The notes beneath the pieces were generated by a model. The model was not told the origin of the DNA. It did no database searches and saw only the letters and a program-made list of their open reading frames with translations. Both the position numbers and the translations under genes were made by a program. A stretch of 64,000 nucleotides of DNA, taken from contig CM068764.1 in assembly GCA_035084275.1 (NCBI GenBank), positions 7,936,001 to 8,000,000 on the forward strand. The letters run 5' to 3'. The stretch is from Hydrolagus colliei. Lineage: Eukaryota. Of this stretch, positions 62,069 to 64,000 are shown one piece after another (position 1 is the first letter of the stretch; every line of letters starts with the position of its first letter).

Positions 62069-64000
62069 CCCTCCCCACAAATATACAGTGTATTTACTTT
62101 ACTGTATATTCTGTGAAGCGCTTTTAAGTTCTAGAAGTTTAATATAAAAACATTTATACTCTGCGGATTACAATGTAGACATTGTTAGGTCACTTTGCAA
62201 AGTTGCAAGACTTAGCTGCATTTGTACTTCAGTTTATATATTGGTTATCTGCTTATGTATACTTAAAATATAAAACTTAACAATGTAGATCACAGACATC
62301 GACCCCTCCCCCGCCCCATTTATAGGAATAGAAAACAATTTCTGAGGCCTATAAAAGCTATTGATGCATTTAACAGTGTATTGAAAATTTTGGTGTTAGT
62401 GTGCCAGTCTTATCACACAATGCTATACGTATTGCACAAAGTTTCCTTACAACATTGCTAATAAATTAAGAAGGACTTTAGTTACAAATTTCTGGAGACT
62501 GGCAGTCTGTTACAATGGTAGTCATAGCTGTGTCTGAGGGTAATTTATAGTGATGGGATGAAGAAAGTTGCGGATTTGTATTACACTCCCTCACCTGACA
62601 CTGCATTTGATCCCTTTACTGTTGATTGACATTTTGAATGGGCCCTTTGAAACAAGCTCCATCTTAATTAAAATGTTCACTAACTTAGCTGCGATCAGTG
62701 AATGTCTGCGATAAATATTGAATCAAGTTCACCTGCTGGTTACAGAGGGTGCATAAACAGCTGCTTTGTGTCGTGTATCATGAGATCACCAGAGGAGAGC
62801 ACCACTCTGTAAGAAAAGGAAACGAAAGAATAGATGCTGAGTGATAGGATTGCAAACTCACCTCACTTTTGATATCTTAGTCAGATGTGTTAGTGTGAGA
62901 TTTCACACGGTGGGAATTCAGAACCCTGGTCATTCAGGTGCTTTTGTAACTGTATGAAGTGGAAAAAGTTTTTATTTTATGGCACTCTTTCTCCCTACTC
63001 TATTTCACTTTCAATTAGAGTTAGAGAAAGTCCTTGGAGAACATAGCTGTTATCTGTTCAAATCCAATAGAAATAACACTCAGCATAGAGGATGATTGTG
63101 GACTGACCATTATTTTCTGCGCTCCCAGTTTTTTTTCAAAAGGTTCAGGTTGCTATAAGCTTTCAAAATCTTTTTTTTCTAAAAGAAGTTGAAGAAATGG
63201 TAAGCATACTTGAGCTTAATGAGCATACGTTGCAGAAATGTAGATAGTGCTTTCCTTATATTACAAAAACTCTAAAGATATTAATTTCATCCTTCACCAA
63301 CGGCAAACTGTTTTCTGCCCACCTGGTCTTCAGATAAGATAAAACATCATGAGTGAGTGACAAGCAGCATTCAGTAAATGAGCAGTGTGGAGATCAGATC
63401 CTCGTGGATGAAGAAGGGAGAGAGTCAGCTTTTATAGTTTGGCTTTACCACTGCTAGAGTAATTGATAGAATTCAAATTAAGAATGTAACAAATCTGGCA
63501 ATTTCAGTCTTTGCACTTCATTGCCACACGGACCAAGAAAGTCTCAAAGCTAGTTTGAAAAAATACTGGCAGAGATGGTAAAAATTGTGAGTGGGGTGGG
63601 GGGAGGGGGTTACAGACTGCAATTTTTGCTATCCTGGGAAGAGGACAATAAATAAGTGAAGTAGACTGGAGTGAATCTGTCAGCAGTTTACACAGGCACA
63701 AACAATCAAGCTGCGACTGACCCAGGCCAACAGTTAAAATTGCATAAAGTTCGAGGTATGAAAGAACTTGAACATTGTCATTGGTGCAATAGAGCGTGAA
63801 GCATTTTATAACTTTTAACAGATTAACAGGGGACTACAGGTCATTTGGGGAAACAATGTTTATGATTGATATGTTGGATCAAACAGACCTCAGGCTGGAG
63901 ATTTCTCTGTCTGGACTGAATGGTTTCTATGTTTTTATCTTGCAACCATGAGGCAGACATAACCACAAATATTGGACTCAAAAATCTAATTATAAATAGA

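Noticed and set aside
61367-62080. 237-aa ORF as a host gene or intact reverse transcriptase
   Set aside because: It is a 5'-truncated, frameshifted L2 ORF2 remnant lacking the catalytic core.
1-64000. CRISPR arrays, rRNA, prokaryotic operons or contamination
   Set aside because: No repeat-spacer arrays or rRNA motifs were seen, and the whole window is consistent with spliced vertebrate genes.

Overview
Vertebrate genomic DNA. The repeat content (Deu-core tRNA-derived SINEs with L2-type tails, CR1, Tigger-like MITEs) suggests a cartilaginous fish, probably a chimaera; this is an inference. Four protein-coding genes can be spliced by hand. MED13 is complete on the minus strand (31 coding exons, 91..29431). 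INTS2 is complete on the minus strand (24 coding exons, 38305..53563). The first five coding exons of BRIP1/FANCJ lie on the plus strand from 57243, head-to-head with INTS2. Between MED13 and INTS2 lies an unexpected three-exon plus-strand gene of the C1r/C1s/MASP/haptoglobin family. It encodes a signal-peptide-like segment, a very short alpha chain with no CUB/EGF/CCP modules, and an intronless, GC-rich protease domain. That domain keeps His57 and Asp102 but has Thr at position 195 and carries a 36-bp repeat insertion. The gene has an HNF1/NR5A-type upstream region and a long, almost AG-free pyrimidine minisatellite intron. It is the main novelty candidate. All coordinates were derived by eye and all homology calls are from recalled sequences, not database searches.
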